Shown here: piece by piece, positions 25,242 through 35,603 of the stretch | Position numbering within the stretch: the stretch's first letter is position 1 | How the letters are laid out: every line of letters starts with the position of its first letter | Virus record (IMG/VR): IMGVR_UViG_3300021256_000089 | Span: 1 to 64,000 of that record | Origin: a virus | Taxonomy: Duplodnaviria > Caudoviricetes | Reading direction: 5' to 3' (one strand) | Length of the DNA: 64,000 nt | Notes under the pieces: model-generated | What the model saw: the letters and a program-made list of their open reading frames with translations, nothing else | Told to the model about the DNA's origin: nothing | The model's database searches: none | Translations under genes and position numbers: made by a program

Positions 25242-25373
25242 TCAGTCGGTAATGAGATCTTCACGGCCTGCATCATTCAGGATAGCCGCAACCTGTGTCT
25301 TCAGGAGCTTAGGCACCTGGCTGAACTGCTTCTTGCCGCTCAGAATCTGCTGAGCCCAAAGATGCGCAATCAT
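25242..25373 (-). CDS. CD1375-like small protein, copy 1
   Basis: MIAHLWAQQILSGKKQFSQVPKLLKTQVAAILNDAGREDLITD; ATGA overlap. Confidence 0.85.
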   Translation of the reverse strand: MIAHLWAQQILSGKKQFSQVPKLLKTQVAAILNDAGREDLITD

Positions 25374-25732
25374 TGTTCTTCATCCTCCCCTGCGTACACA
25401 ATCTCACTCATTTCCAGTAAACACTCAACCAGGAAATCGTTCTGCTCCTGCAGCTTATTGTTGTGTTCAACAAGATCTTCATTGATATGATCCTGTTCTG
25501 TAACTGCCTCAAAATGAAAATGCCATCCATCATCTTCATGACGGATGTCACACACTTTGCCGTTTGTCCATTGTCGGCCAGCTGGATACATGCTGTCCGT
25601 GTTCTCAACAATAACAGGAGACAGCTTTCCGACGAACATATCTTCTGTAATTTCATCGGAGCTGATCAGATCGAACCAGTCCCCGTTGAGATTTTCAAGT
25701 GCTGTATTATCGGATAAAATTACTCGATACAC
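25370..25732 (-). CDS. Tail-associated hypothetical protein
   Basis: C-terminal NDFLVECLLEMSEIVYA, typical of genes preceding CD1375-like ORFs. Confidence 0.75.
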   Translation of the reverse strand: MYRVILSDNTALENLNGDWFDLISSDEITEDMFVGKLSPVIVENTDSMYPAGRQWTNGKVCDIRHEDDGWHFHFEAVTEQDHINEDLVEHNNKLQEQNDFLVECLLEMSEIVYAGEDEEQ

Positions 25733-25750
25733 GTTATCACTTCCTTCACA

Positions 25751-25954
25751 TTACCGATCGCCGTCTTTCGGCTCCTCTGGAACTTCAATCGGTTCGTCCG
25801 TCTCTTCGTACTCCCATGTAGCGGTCTCTACGTCAATTGCCTCATCATACACGAGGTTGCTTGGAATCTGACGGATGCGTACTCCCGCATCGGACCACGT
25901 GCGGTATAATTTGACGCCATCGCTACGTGTCATAAATAACTCTTTCTTGATCAT
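25751..25954 (-). CDS. Hypothetical protein (RTWSDAG..IRQ...YDEAID..YEETDEPIE)
   Basis: Common small phage gene following LRR genes. Confidence 0.7.
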   Translation of the reverse strand: MIKKELFMTRSDGVKLYRTWSDAGVRIRQIPSNLVYDEAIDVETATWEYEETDEPIEVPEEPKDGDR

Positions 25955-25965
25955 TGACTATCACC

Positions 25966-27381
25966 TCACCGTGGTTCTTCAAATATTTGTTTAGCATATG
26001 TTGACCAGTTTGTGGCAGTTCGATATGCTTTGAGAATGTTATGGGCTGGGCTGTACGGCACGTAGATCTTGCAGTCGGACGCAATATCCGTGAACGCGCT
26101 TATGTTAGCTAATTTCGGGGGAGTCGTTGCCTTCATGTGGTATTCGCTCACAGCCACACATCCGTTGAATGCGTCTCGGTAGATGTTTGTAACGCTTGAC
26201 GGAATCGTTACCTTAGTCAAACTCCGGCACATTTCGCATGTGGCGTAATTGATATCTACGATGCCTTCCGGGATTTCAGCTTTTACCAGATTATAGCAAG
26301 CGTAATATGCGCTCCCATTGATCGTCGTCACCGTGCTCGGAAAGATGACCTCGCGCAGCGTATAGCACCCTTCAAACATATACGCAACGATGGTAGTTAC
26401 GCCGTACGGCAACACGACCTTTTTGAGGTTTTGGCAGTTTTTGAATACAGCCGATCCGAATGTAGTTACGCCCTTCGGAATGGTGACTTCCTCGAGGCTT
26501 TGACAGGAATAGAATACAGACGATTCATCCCAACCAGTGATACCAGCCGGGACGGAAATCGTATTTGCCTGATAGCATTGTCCGAATGCCCCAGCGTGTA
26601 TAGTCGTTACCGTTCCAGGAATCGTAAATGACTTCAGAGAATAGCATGCCTCAAATGCGTGTCCGCCGATAGTCTCTATTCCGTTCGGCACCGTTGCAAT
26701 TTCCAGCCCAATGCAATAATTGAATGTGTAGCCTCCCAATGAGCCCGCCGTGGTTCCGCTGCCGATGAGGACCTTTCTGAATCTTAGGCTTTTGTACCAG
26801 TATTGTGCAATCGTTGATCCAGCAATCCCCTGGTTCTTATCCCCGCCGAACGAAATTGTTCCGCTCGTCACTTCAAGCGTGACGTCATATATTCCGCCAG
26901 ATGTATAGGTATGATCGTGGTCGTTCTCTCCTGTTTCGCTGTATGTTTCCGGTTCGCTCTCATCGCCCCAGTTCACCGTAACACCGTTGCTGACAGTCTG
27001 GTCCCACCGTATCGTTGCGACTTTCCTGTTCTTCGGCGCGTCATCCGGGATCTCAATCACAATATGTGTCTTCCCGTCAGTTGGGATTACCACATTTCCC
27101 ACATACACAGCTTGCTCCGGCATCGCCGCAAGTTGTTCCTTGATTTCTTCCAGCGTCCAGTTCCATCCTTGCGAGGTTAGCGGGATTTCGTCACTGCTGT
27201 GATCCGGATTGTTCGGAAGTGCGGAGAGTGCGTCTACTTCGCTCTGCGTATAGGAGTCTACAATGCTGCCATCGTAATCGATCAGCACCAGACGCGAGTT
27301 TGGCTTGATAGTGCCGCCACCGCTGCCTCCTCCTTCACCGCCACCGCTGCCAGTCTTACTGTAATAATATCTGTAAGGCAT
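25966..27381 (-). CDS. BspA-type leucine-rich repeat protein with PKD-like segment
   Basis: About 9 repeats of xIPxxVTTIxxxAFxxCxxL; VNWGD...HTYTSGGIYDV. Confidence 0.9.
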   Translation of the reverse strand: MPYRYYYSKTGSGGGEGGGSGGGTIKPNSRLVLIDYDGSIVDSYTQSEVDALSALPNNPDHSSDEIPLTSQGWNWTLEEIKEQLAAMPEQAVYVGNVVIPTDGKTHIVIEIPDDAPKNRKVATIRWDQTVSNGVTVNWGDESEPETYSETGENDHDHTYTSGGIYDVTLEVTSGTISFGGDKNQGIAGSTIAQYWYKSLRFRKVLIGSGTTAGSLGGYTFNYCIGLEIATVPNGIETIGGHAFEACYSLKSFTIPGTVTTIHAGAFGQCYQANTISVPAGITGWDESSVFYSCQSLEEVTIPKGVTTFGSAVFKNCQNLKKVVLPYGVTTIVAYMFEGCYTLREVIFPSTVTTINGSAYYACYNLVKAEIPEGIVDINYATCEMCRSLTKVTIPSSVTNIYRDAFNGCVAVSEYHMKATTPPKLANISAFTDIASDCKIYVPYSPAHNILKAYRTATNWSTYAKQIFEEPR

Positions 27382-27420
27382 TGTCTCACTCCTCAATATA
27401 ATAAAAGAGACCTTTCGGTC

Positions 27421-27588
27421 TCAGTCTAAGTAATGTTTTCGATTTACTCTGTCACGGTTCCGGTGTGCCTCCGCAACGCTGCAGCCGGGATGCATTCGAT
27501 AATACGCGATGTCTTGCTGCTCCGCAATTGCGAAGGCACGGTAGTACCGCTTCCACCAGAGTTTCTGCAATAGATACGCAATCAGCAT
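27421..27588 (-). CDS. 55-aa basic hypothetical protein
   Basis: GAGGTGAG RBS; MLIAYLLQKLWWKRYYR. Confidence 0.55.
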   Translation of the reverse strand: MLIAYLLQKLWWKRYYRAFAIAEQQDIAYYRMHPGCSVAEAHRNRDRVNRKHYLD

Positions 27589-27618
27589 ATGCTCACCTCA
27601 TGCGTATCATATCACAGC

Positions 27619-27855
27619 TTACAGGAATTCGCCACCGATAATATGCCCGGTAATTGTAATGTTATCGAATGTCGGGCTGTCGGTCGTGCCGAGATCGTCC
27701 TGCATTCCGGCAAGTTTCGTCTTTTCTGCTGTTGTGTAATCGTTCGTGGAGAGGCCCTTCCCTGTCTCTTTGTCGACTTTGCCATTCAGCAAAATCTTAA
27801 TATGCGCAAGGAACTGTGCCAATCCATTCAAACCGATCTTCTTTGTTTCAGACAC
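27619..27855 (-). CDS. Mini tail-fibre-like protein (KVDKETGKGLSTNDYT motif)
   Basis: GGAGGGG RBS + GTG 27855. Confidence 0.75.
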   Translation of the reverse strand: MSETKKIGLNGLAQFLAHIKILLNGKVDKETGKGLSTNDYTTAEKTKLAGMQDDLGTTDSPTFDNITITGHIIGGEFL

Positions 27856-27871
27856 TTTGACCCCTCCTCTC

Positions 27872-30800
27872 TCACGTCTCGTCTCCAGCAATCCTGCGTC
27901 TCACGAGGTTGATCTCACTTGCCGTAGGCCACTGTGCAAGTGCTGTATAGCTTCGCGGCGTAAACGTGTCGCCGTGAATCGTTGCATACACTTCGTTGAT
28001 GCCGTTCTGTAGCTGGCAGATGTTCTTCCGCCAATTGATGAACGGACCAACCGTATCACTCAGCGTAATGCTCTGCAGGTTATACAGCTGCCGCATGTCG
28101 TTGACGTATGTCACCAGCTGATTGATCTCCGCAATGTGGCTTGTGTTATAGTCGGAAATCACACTTCCAACAGCAATCGTTCTTGCGTAGGCTGGCGCAA
28201 CATACTGAATCTGATGTGTAACAATAGCAGACCCGGTTCCAATACGGAACTGAACCGCTGAAGACGACGCAGCGCCAACATCAACTGGCAACTTGCCGAT
28301 CCATGTATTGATCCCAGCCGTCAGATTGGCGCATGTTGTCCACGTGCCCCACACATCTTCCTTGAGATCTCCTGATCTGACCTGTAGGGTTGTGGCGTCT
28401 GCCACATAGTATTGCACCTTAAAGTAAGGTCGCGCATCATGGGTCACGAGCATCGGCACTGGCCAGATAACCGGATTATCAATCTGCCGCGTCACGATCG
28501 CGCTTTCGTTGCTGTATCCGCTATAAGCGCCCATCGTGTCGTACGCCCGCACACGATACTTGATCTGGTTGAATGCGGCTGCACTCCACGTATGCGTATA
28601 GGAGTTGGTTGAAACCGTTGTCAGTTCTGTCCAGCTGCCCCATGATGCGGAACTGTCTGCCCGTGTCGCGTACTCAATGCTATAGCCGCTCAGAGCGCCT
28701 CCGGTTGATGCGTCAACATCTGTGGACGCTGTCCAGCTCAGGCTGATGCTGCCATTGCTTGTAATTGTCGGCGTTGCGCTCGGTGTTCCCGGCACTGTTG
28801 GCGCTGTGTTCGCCTTAGTCATTTCGTTGGATGCTGTCCAAGCGGATGCGGTTCCAGCGCCGTTGACAGTGCGAATCTGATACTGGCCCTTCTCTCCAAT
28901 AGGGAGGCTGGCCCACGTATCGGTGAAGCTTGTTGTCGTCTTGTCAGCTCCGTTTGTCCAGCTGCCCCATGTTCCGTCTGTTGTGCGACGGTACTGCATG
29001 TTATAATGGTCAGCATTCGTCGCACCAGTCCAGCTGACGGTATAAGATGTACTGCCATAACAGTTCGCAGGGATCGTGACGGACGTCGGTGCACCGGGCG
29101 CGGCGTAACCAGTGACAGTACCGTATACAGTTGAATTGACCGTGTTGCGAGCATATACCGCAGTCACACGGTAGTGTCTTGTGACGCCAGCTGCAGGACA
29201 GGCGACCGTCAGAGGCGATGTTGCGCTTGTACTGTAGCTTGTCCACGCGCCGTTATTATCTGAGTATTCGACAGTATACTTGCTAAGAGCGTTATTTGTT
29301 CCTGCCGCAGCGCCACTCCATGAGAGAGTGGTTGTATTACCAACAGTAAGCTTTGACGCACCAATGGTGACTGTTGTCGGGGCTGTACCATTCGTATAAT
29401 GAATCGTGCTGACCTGATTACTCGTCGGAGAGTTGTGCGCATAGTACGCAATTACTCGCCAGTATCTGGTCTTACCTGCCTCAGGGCCTGTGACGGTAGC
29501 CGATCGCTTATCGCTTGCAATACCCGTTGACAAATTGGCCCATGCGGTATCATAGTATTGGATCGTAAAACTTGATATCGCGTTGTTAGTCTGAGCGGTT
29601 GCTGTCCACGACAATGTAAGCGAAGCGCTTGCCGTCGTTGTCTGCGTCGCGCTGATCGTCGCAACAGGCGTTGGACCTGTGACATAATGCCCAACACTAA
29701 CAGACCCGGTCGTTACTGTATTCCGTGCAAAATATATAACTGCCCGATAATAATAGTAAGTGTCAGATATGGCAACAGCATACGTAGAAGCAGTTTGTCC
29801 AGTGGCTAAATTACTCCATGAGCTGTTATTCGTGCTGCGTTGAATTGTGTAACTTGAAAACGCACTGTTTGTGCCATTTGTATGGCTTATCGTTAAATCG
29901 GTATTACCAGTCGTTGTTGTCCATCCGCTGGTTCCAATACTAATGCTACCTGTGCCATTTGTGTAATGGATCGTACTAACTTGATTGCTTGTAGGCGAAT
30001 TATGCGCATAGTACGCGATCACTCGCCAGTATCTTGTTTTGCCAGCAGCAGGGCCAGTGACGGTATACGATCGCTTATCGCTTGCCACATTTTTTGCCAG
30101 ATCAGCCCATGTGGTGTCGTAGTATTGGATTGTAAAACTTGAAATCGCGTTATTGGTTTGTGCAGCTGCCGTCCACGATAGTGTTAGCGAAGCGTTTGCA
30201 GTTGTTGTTTGCGTCGCGCTGATTGTTGCAACAGGTGTTGGGCCCGTAACGTAATGGCCAACGCTGACCGAACCAGTAGTAACCGTATTGTGAGCAAAAT
30301 AAATGATTGCTCGATAATAATAATATGTATCAGATATGGCAACAGCATACGTAGCAGCAGTTTGTCCGGTGGCGTTAGCTAAATTACTCCACGAACTGTT
30401 GTTTGTGCTGCGCTGGATTGTATAACTCGAAAAGGCGTTATTCGTACCATTGGTTCTGCCAATTGTTAGATTCGTGTTGCCTGTCGCGGTTGTCCAGCCG
30501 CTGTTCGCAATGCTGATACTACCAGTACCGTTCGTGTAATGCCTTGTCCAGACAGATCCGGTAGTCACCGTATTCTGTGCGAAGTAAATAATCGCCCGAT
30601 AGTAATACAGTGTGTCAGAGATTGCTACGGCATAGGTAGCTCCTGTTTGACCTGTTGCCAAGTTCGACCAGTTGCTATTATCCGTGCTTCGCTGTACCGT
30701 ATAGCTAGAAAACGCATTGTTTGTTCCGTTCGTTCTGCTGATCGTCAGGTTGGTATTACCTGTTGCGGTAGTCCAACCGCTCGCACCGATACTGATGGAA

Positions 30801-31573
30801 CCTGAACCGTTCGACCACGTGGTAGTCAGCTTAGGTCGTGGGGACGAAGCGCCAGATCGCCAGTATGTGCCATTCGTGTAGATCACGAAATTCTTGTAGT
30901 TACCATTAGTGGCACTGGCATTGACTGTACGGCTTCCTGATGTGGCTGTTGTAGATACGGTTGCGACATCCGTCCAGCCGCTTGTCACCTGAGTACCAGA
31001 GCTGTTGAATTCCTCATAGCGGATCAAGTAACCCGTGATTGCGTTGCCAGTGCCAGCCTTTGCGCCACTCCAGCTTAGTGTCGCTGAACCGCTCTTGCCA
31101 GTCGATGTGGGAGACACGGTGAACGAGGTCGGAGCTGTCGGCTGTGTGCCAGCGGTATACGTAAGCGTCAGTTTGATGCTGCTCCATGCAACCTGTGTGC
31201 TGGTTGTGCCTGTACCGCATTTCCAGTTCATAAGCAGAGTGCACTGGCCCATCTCTGTATTGGCATACCAATTGCTGCCGCTCTTCACAAAGTGACTATT
31301 GAAACTGCTTAAATGACCAAGAACATTCAGTGTTCTTGCGCCAGTCGAACCAGTTGTCGTCCATGCAACACCGCTTCCGTCAGTGGTGCTGCACGCATAT
31401 GCCGTGGAACCACTTTTCGGGTTTGTTGTCACCGTGATAACAAGCGACGCTGCAGTGATATGACTGCCTGCAGGCAGTTTGCTGGAGATGCTCTTGGCAA
31501 CACTATAGGTCGCCAGAGAGCCTTTCTTGGACGTCATGCTTCCGGCGTCCCACGTCCATGTTGCTGTTGCCAA
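27872..31573 (-). CDS. Thr/Ser-rich FN3/Ig-like repeat virion protein, paralog B
   Basis: About 9 tandem ~95-aa beta-sandwich repeats (LSW...Y...YYYR); GGAGGTGA RBS. Confidence 0.88.
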   Translation of the reverse strand: MATATWTWDAGSMTSKKGSLATYSVAKSISSKLPAGSHITAASLVITVTTNPKSGSTAYACSTTDGSGVAWTTTGSTGARTLNVLGHLSSFNSHFVKSGSNWYANTEMGQCTLLMNWKCGTGTTSTQVAWSSIKLTLTYTAGTQPTAPTSFTVSPTSTGKSGSATLSWSGAKAGTGNAITGYLIRYEEFNSSGTQVTSGWTDVATVSTTATSGSRTVNASATNGNYKNFVIYTNGTYWRSGASSPRPKLTTTWSNGSGSISIGASGWTTATGNTNLTISRTNGTNNAFSSYTVQRSTDNSNWSNLATGQTGATYAVAISDTLYYYRAIIYFAQNTVTTGSVWTRHYTNGTGSISIANSGWTTATGNTNLTIGRTNGTNNAFSSYTIQRSTNNSSWSNLANATGQTAATYAVAISDTYYYYRAIIYFAHNTVTTGSVSVGHYVTGPTPVATISATQTTTANASLTLSWTAAAQTNNAISSFTIQYYDTTWADLAKNVASDKRSYTVTGPAAGKTRYWRVIAYYAHNSPTSNQVSTIHYTNGTGSISIGTSGWTTTTGNTDLTISHTNGTNSAFSSYTIQRSTNNSSWSNLATGQTASTYAVAISDTYYYYRAVIYFARNTVTTGSVSVGHYVTGPTPVATISATQTTTASASLTLSWTATAQTNNAISSFTIQYYDTAWANLSTGIASDKRSATVTGPEAGKTRYWRVIAYYAHNSPTSNQVSTIHYTNGTAPTTVTIGASKLTVGNTTTLSWSGAAAGTNNALSKYTVEYSDNNGAWTSYSTSATSPLTVACPAAGVTRHYRVTAVYARNTVNSTVYGTVTGYAAPGAPTSVTIPANCYGSTSYTVSWTGATNADHYNMQYRRTTDGTWGSWTNGADKTTTSFTDTWASLPIGEKGQYQIRTVNGAGTASAWTASNEMTKANTAPTVPGTPSATPTITSNGSISLSWTASTDVDASTGGALSGYSIEYATRADSSASWGSWTELTTVSTNSYTHTWSAAAFNQIKYRVRAYDTMGAYSGYSNESAIVTRQIDNPVIWPVPMLVTHDARPYFKVQYYVADATTLQVRSGDLKEDVWGTWTTCANLTAGINTWIGKLPVDVGAASSSAVQFRIGTGSAIVTHQIQYVAPAYARTIAVGSVISDYNTSHIAEINQLVTYVNDMRQLYNLQSITLSDTVGPFINWRKNICQLQNGINEVYATIHGDTFTPRSYTALAQWPTASEINLVRRRIAGDET

Positions 31574-31647
31574 TCAGCTCACCTCCCCCTTGACAAACTG
31601 TAAAATACAAAAGCTTCGTTTTTTCAGACACTTTGACGCATCTCATC

Positions 31648-34600
31648 TTATGTCTCATCGCCAGCAATCCTACGTCTTACAAAATTAATCTCGCTTGCTG
31701 TAGGCCACTTCACAAGTGTTGTATAATTTCGTGGCGTAAATGCGTCACCGTGAATCGTTGCGTATAGTTCATTGATACCATTCTGCAGCTGGCATATGTT
31801 TTTGCTCCATGTGGCAAAGTATCCCACACTGTCCGCAAAGGAGATCACTTGAAGGCCGTAAAGTCTCCGCATATCGTTCACATAGCCAAGCATCTGATTC
31901 ATTTCTGCTACGTGGCTAATCTGTGTATTCGCGATTACGCTCCCCGTCGTAATCTCCCGGGCATAGGCAGGCGCTTCATACCGCAGCGCGAATGTCACGA
32001 TCGGGTTTCCGCTGCCGATCCTTAGCTGAATTGCAGCGTCTGTGCCGGTAGCCAGATCAACAGGGCATCTGCCCATCCATCGATTGGTTCCGGCGTTCAG
32101 GCTGGTACAGGTGGTCCATGCTCCCCAGCTGCCACCCGTGTTTCCGGTTCTCGCCTGCAATTCTGTCGCCGCAAGCACATACACCAGCACCTGCAGATAT
32201 GGTCTGCGATCATAGCATACTCCTTCAATTGCAGGCAGAACAATCGGATCGGTAACAGCTCTGGTGACGACGCTACTCTCTCCGCTGTACCCACTGTAAG
32301 CGTTCTGGCTATCATACGCCCGGATACGGTATTTGATCTGATTCAGACTGGTCCCGGCCCACGCATGCGTGTAAGCATTTGTACTGACCGTTGTCAGCAC
32401 CGTCCAATTTCCCCAGCTCGCGGTGTCGTTGGCCCTGGTTGCAAACTCAATGCTATATCCGCTGAGCCCACCACCTGTCGAGGCATCTACATCCGTGGAG
32501 GCTGTCCAGCTTAGAGAGACACTCCCATTCTCCAGAAGCAATGGTGAAACTGTCGGGGTTCCAGGAGTTGTTGGTGCTGTATTCCTCTTCGTGATCTCAT
32601 TTGATTCCTTCCAGGCAGAAGCGGTTCCGGCACCATTGATGGTCCGAATCCGATACTTTCCCTTCTGACCGACAGTCAGGCTGGCCCACGTATCCGAAAA
32701 GCTGGTCCCGCTCCGATTGGTGGATGCACTCCAGCTTCCCCACGTTCCGTTGTTGGTCCGGCAATACTGGGATTCATAGTGGTCAATCCCGCCGCTCGCT
32801 CCGCTCCAGGTGACCGTGTAGGCGGTACTGCCATAGCAATCAGTCGGGACAGTGACAGAGGTTGGCGCACCGGGAGCCGCGTATCCTGTAACAGAGCCAT
32901 ATACGCTGGAGCTTACAGTGTTGTTGGCGTAAACAGCAGTAACACGATAGCGCCTGGTTACTCCTGCAGCAGGGGCAGCTACGCTCAGCGTAGATGTCGC
33001 GCTTGTGCTGTAGCTTGTCCATGCTCCGCTGTTGTCGGAGTATTCTACGGTATACTTGCTGAGTGCGTTATTGGTTCCCGCAGCCGCACCGCTCCAAGTG
33101 AGAGTCGTTGTGCTGCCAACGGTAAGCTTTGACGCGCCAATAGTAACCGTCGAAGGTGCTGTACCGTTAGTATAGTGACCGACACTTACGGAACCTGTAG
33201 TGACTGTATTGCGTAAAAATGGCGCAACAACTCGATAATAGTAATATGTATCAGAAATTGCAACAGCATACGATGTACCAGATTGTCCTGTTGCCAGATT
33301 AGACCAAGTATTGTTGTCAGTGCTTCGTTGCACAGTGTAATCGTTTGGCCCGTTATTTGTGCCAGAAGCACGTGTTACTGTAATGTTTGCATTGCCTGTC
33401 GATGTCGTCCATCCGCTTGGGCTGACGCTGATCGAACAAGTGCCATTAGTATAATGAATACAAGAGACAGCGTCTGTTACCGCGCCAGATCGTCCAAAAG
33501 TAGCATGCACAGTCCATGAAAATGTTTGCCCACTTCCCGGACCTGTCACCGCATAGCTTCGTGTTGTGGCCGCAAGCCTGCTGCTATTAAGTTTCGTCGA
33601 ACCGCGATAGACATCGAATCCAATAATAGCATTGTTTGTGCCAGCTGACGCTGCCCACGATAAAGTCAATGAATCGTTGACGGTGGTAGTGCTTTTCTTG
33701 CTGATTGCTATATTGTTACAGGTGCCCATCGTGAAATGGATACAACCAACGCTGGCTGTTGACACTGCATTACGGGCAAATATTGCTTCCACATGCCAAT
33801 AATAGGTTTCACCACTTGCTGGCCCTGTTACGGCGTAACTTCGTGTAGATGCAGCAAGCCTAGTGCTGTTGAGTTTTGTACTACCACGATATACATCAAA
33901 ACCGGATATAGCATTATTTGTGCCTGCTACCGCTCCCCATGATAAGGTTAATGAATCATTGACTGTCGTTGTGCTTGTTTTACTGATCGTTGGAGTAGTA
34001 CATGCGCCGTCCGTATAATAAACACGGGACATGCTTCCCGTTGTCACAATATTTCGGGCAAAACTGACAACGACCCGGTAATAATAAATGGTGGAGCTGG
34101 TCGTGGGTCCAGATACAGTGTGGCTACGGGCGGTTGCGTCCAGACCAGTATATGCATCCGTCCATGTACTATTGTCAGTTGATCGCTGTATTCTCTGAAT
34201 GCTGATCGCGTTATTGGTTCCAGCGGTCGCCGTCCATGTCAAGGTGAAACTCTGTCCAGAGGTCGTTGTTGCGGAGGAACCGCCAATGCTTGCCGTGCCA
34301 TTTGTATAATGCTGACACTGGACCTGTCCACTTGTATAGCTTGCATGATCACAATTTGCCACAACGCGCCAATAGTTTGTTGCGCCAGCAACGGGACCAG
34401 TAACGGTGACGCTGGTTGCAGTTGTATTCGCTACGTTAACCCACCCGGATCCATTGTTGTTTTGCTGTACGGTATAATTGTTCAGCTCGTTTTGTATGCC
34501 TCCAGCCGCACCACTCCAGCTCAGGGTGAGGCTGGCACTTGCTGTTGTTGTTAATGTAGCGCTTATTGACACGGAGGTGGGAGCTTTACCTGCAGAATAA

Positions 34601-34950
34601 ACGACGATTTTCGGTCGAGCGTTATCTGCAGAACTTGCAGAACTAAGTGTACTGCCAGCCATTGTATAGACAACATACTGGTACTGATGCCCAGCAGTTG
34701 TCGGCGGCTTGATGCCTACGTTTCCGCTGGTGGCAGTTGTTGTGACTGTCGGCCTCGAAATATAATCTTCAAAATCACTCCAGCTGGAACCGTCGTAGTG
34801 GCGCTGCTTGACTAGATAGCCAGTTATGCCGCTACCGCTAGCTCCGCTCCAAACTAGCTTAAGTGCTGGGTTGGTACCGACTAGCACATAGTAGTGATTG
34901 CCGCTTGAACCATCATTAATATTAACATTTGTTGGAGGATTAACTGCCAA
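31648..34950 (-). CDS. Thr/Ser-rich FN3/Ig-like repeat virion protein, paralog A
   Basis: Same architecture; C-terminus WPTASEINFVRRRIAGDET nearly identical to paralog B. Confidence 0.88.
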   Translation of the reverse strand: MAVNPPTNVNINDGSSGNHYYVLVGTNPALKLVWSGASGSGITGYLVKQRHYDGSSWSDFEDYISRPTVTTTATSGNVGIKPPTTAGHQYQYVVYTMAGSTLSSASSADNARPKIVVYSAGKAPTSVSISATLTTTASASLTLSWSGAAGGIQNELNNYTVQQNNNGSGWVNVANTTATSVTVTGPVAGATNYWRVVANCDHASYTSGQVQCQHYTNGTASIGGSSATTTSGQSFTLTWTATAGTNNAISIQRIQRSTDNSTWTDAYTGLDATARSHTVSGPTTSSTIYYYRVVVSFARNIVTTGSMSRVYYTDGACTTPTISKTSTTTVNDSLTLSWGAVAGTNNAISGFDVYRGSTKLNSTRLAASTRSYAVTGPASGETYYWHVEAIFARNAVSTASVGCIHFTMGTCNNIAISKKSTTTVNDSLTLSWAASAGTNNAIIGFDVYRGSTKLNSSRLAATTRSYAVTGPGSGQTFSWTVHATFGRSGAVTDAVSCIHYTNGTCSISVSPSGWTTSTGNANITVTRASGTNNGPNDYTVQRSTDNNTWSNLATGQSGTSYAVAISDTYYYYRVVAPFLRNTVTTGSVSVGHYTNGTAPSTVTIGASKLTVGSTTTLTWSGAAAGTNNALSKYTVEYSDNSGAWTSYSTSATSTLSVAAPAAGVTRRYRVTAVYANNTVSSSVYGSVTGYAAPGAPTSVTVPTDCYGSTAYTVTWSGASGGIDHYESQYCRTNNGTWGSWSASTNRSGTSFSDTWASLTVGQKGKYRIRTINGAGTASAWKESNEITKRNTAPTTPGTPTVSPLLLENGSVSLSWTASTDVDASTGGGLSGYSIEFATRANDTASWGNWTVLTTVSTNAYTHAWAGTSLNQIKYRIRAYDSQNAYSGYSGESSVVTRAVTDPIVLPAIEGVCYDRRPYLQVLVYVLAATELQARTGNTGGSWGAWTTCTSLNAGTNRWMGRCPVDLATGTDAAIQLRIGSGNPIVTFALRYEAPAYAREITTGSVIANTQISHVAEMNQMLGYVNDMRRLYGLQVISFADSVGYFATWSKNICQLQNGINELYATIHGDAFTPRNYTTLVKWPTASEINFVRRRIAGDET

Positions 34951-34967
34951 TCAGCTCACCTCCCTTA

Positions 34968-35585
34968 TTAGCGGGCAAATGCACAAACGACACCGAGATA
35001 TTCCGTGGCCTGAACCGTCAATACGCGAGAGCTCGGTGTGTAGGTGGCGGTACCATATTGATTGGAAGCGTTGGCCGTATGTAGATACACCGCCCACTTT
35101 GACGGGAGCTGATCAAGGTCGATAGTAGCCGACCTTGTGAATGCGTTTACCGAAAGCGGTAGCCGACACTCAATAACATCAGCAGCGGCACCTGCGCCAG
35201 GAGTGTATCCTATAAGCATAAGCTCGGAATACTTTTGAGCCACGGTGACAGAAATCGCTCCAGGTGCGCCATCATTGACACCCCACTCGGAAGCTGCGAT
35301 CAAATCCCAGGCCCCATGCATCATATCATTGATGGCCTTACCCTGTTTAGCACTAAGAGGTTTGTCTGTGGCGGTGCTGGTCAGGTTGTCTACTATGTTC
35401 GCAGTCGTTACTGCAGACGCCAACTTGGTCTTCTCTGCCGTTGTATAATCCTCTGTACTCAACTGCTTCCCCGTCACCTTGTCTACCTTGCCGTTCAGCA
35501 TGTTAGACACCCACGCTTTGATTCTATCTGAAAAGTAACCGAGAGCACTTTTCTCGATTACCTTTTTACGTTCAGGTTGTGACAT
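34968..35585 (-). CDS. Short tail-fibre-like protein (KVDKVTGKQLSTEDYT, DNLTSTATDKPLSAKQGK)
   Basis: Tail-fibre repeat motifs plus a C-terminal beta domain. Confidence 0.75.
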   Translation of the reverse strand: MSQPERKKVIEKSALGYFSDRIKAWVSNMLNGKVDKVTGKQLSTEDYTTAEKTKLASAVTTANIVDNLTSTATDKPLSAKQGKAINDMMHGAWDLIAASEWGVNDGAPGAISVTVAQKYSELMLIGYTPGAGAAADVIECRLPLSVNAFTRSATIDLDQLPSKWAVYLHTANASNQYGTATYTPSSRVLTVQATEYLGVVCAFAR

Positions 35586-35603
35586 CGAGTCACCTCCTCA
35601 AAG

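Noticed and set aside
25966-34950. Diversity-generating retroelement acting on LRR or FN3 genes
   Set aside because: No reverse transcriptase in the window; repeat differences are at synonymous positions, not adenine-specific, and no non-coding template repeat is seen
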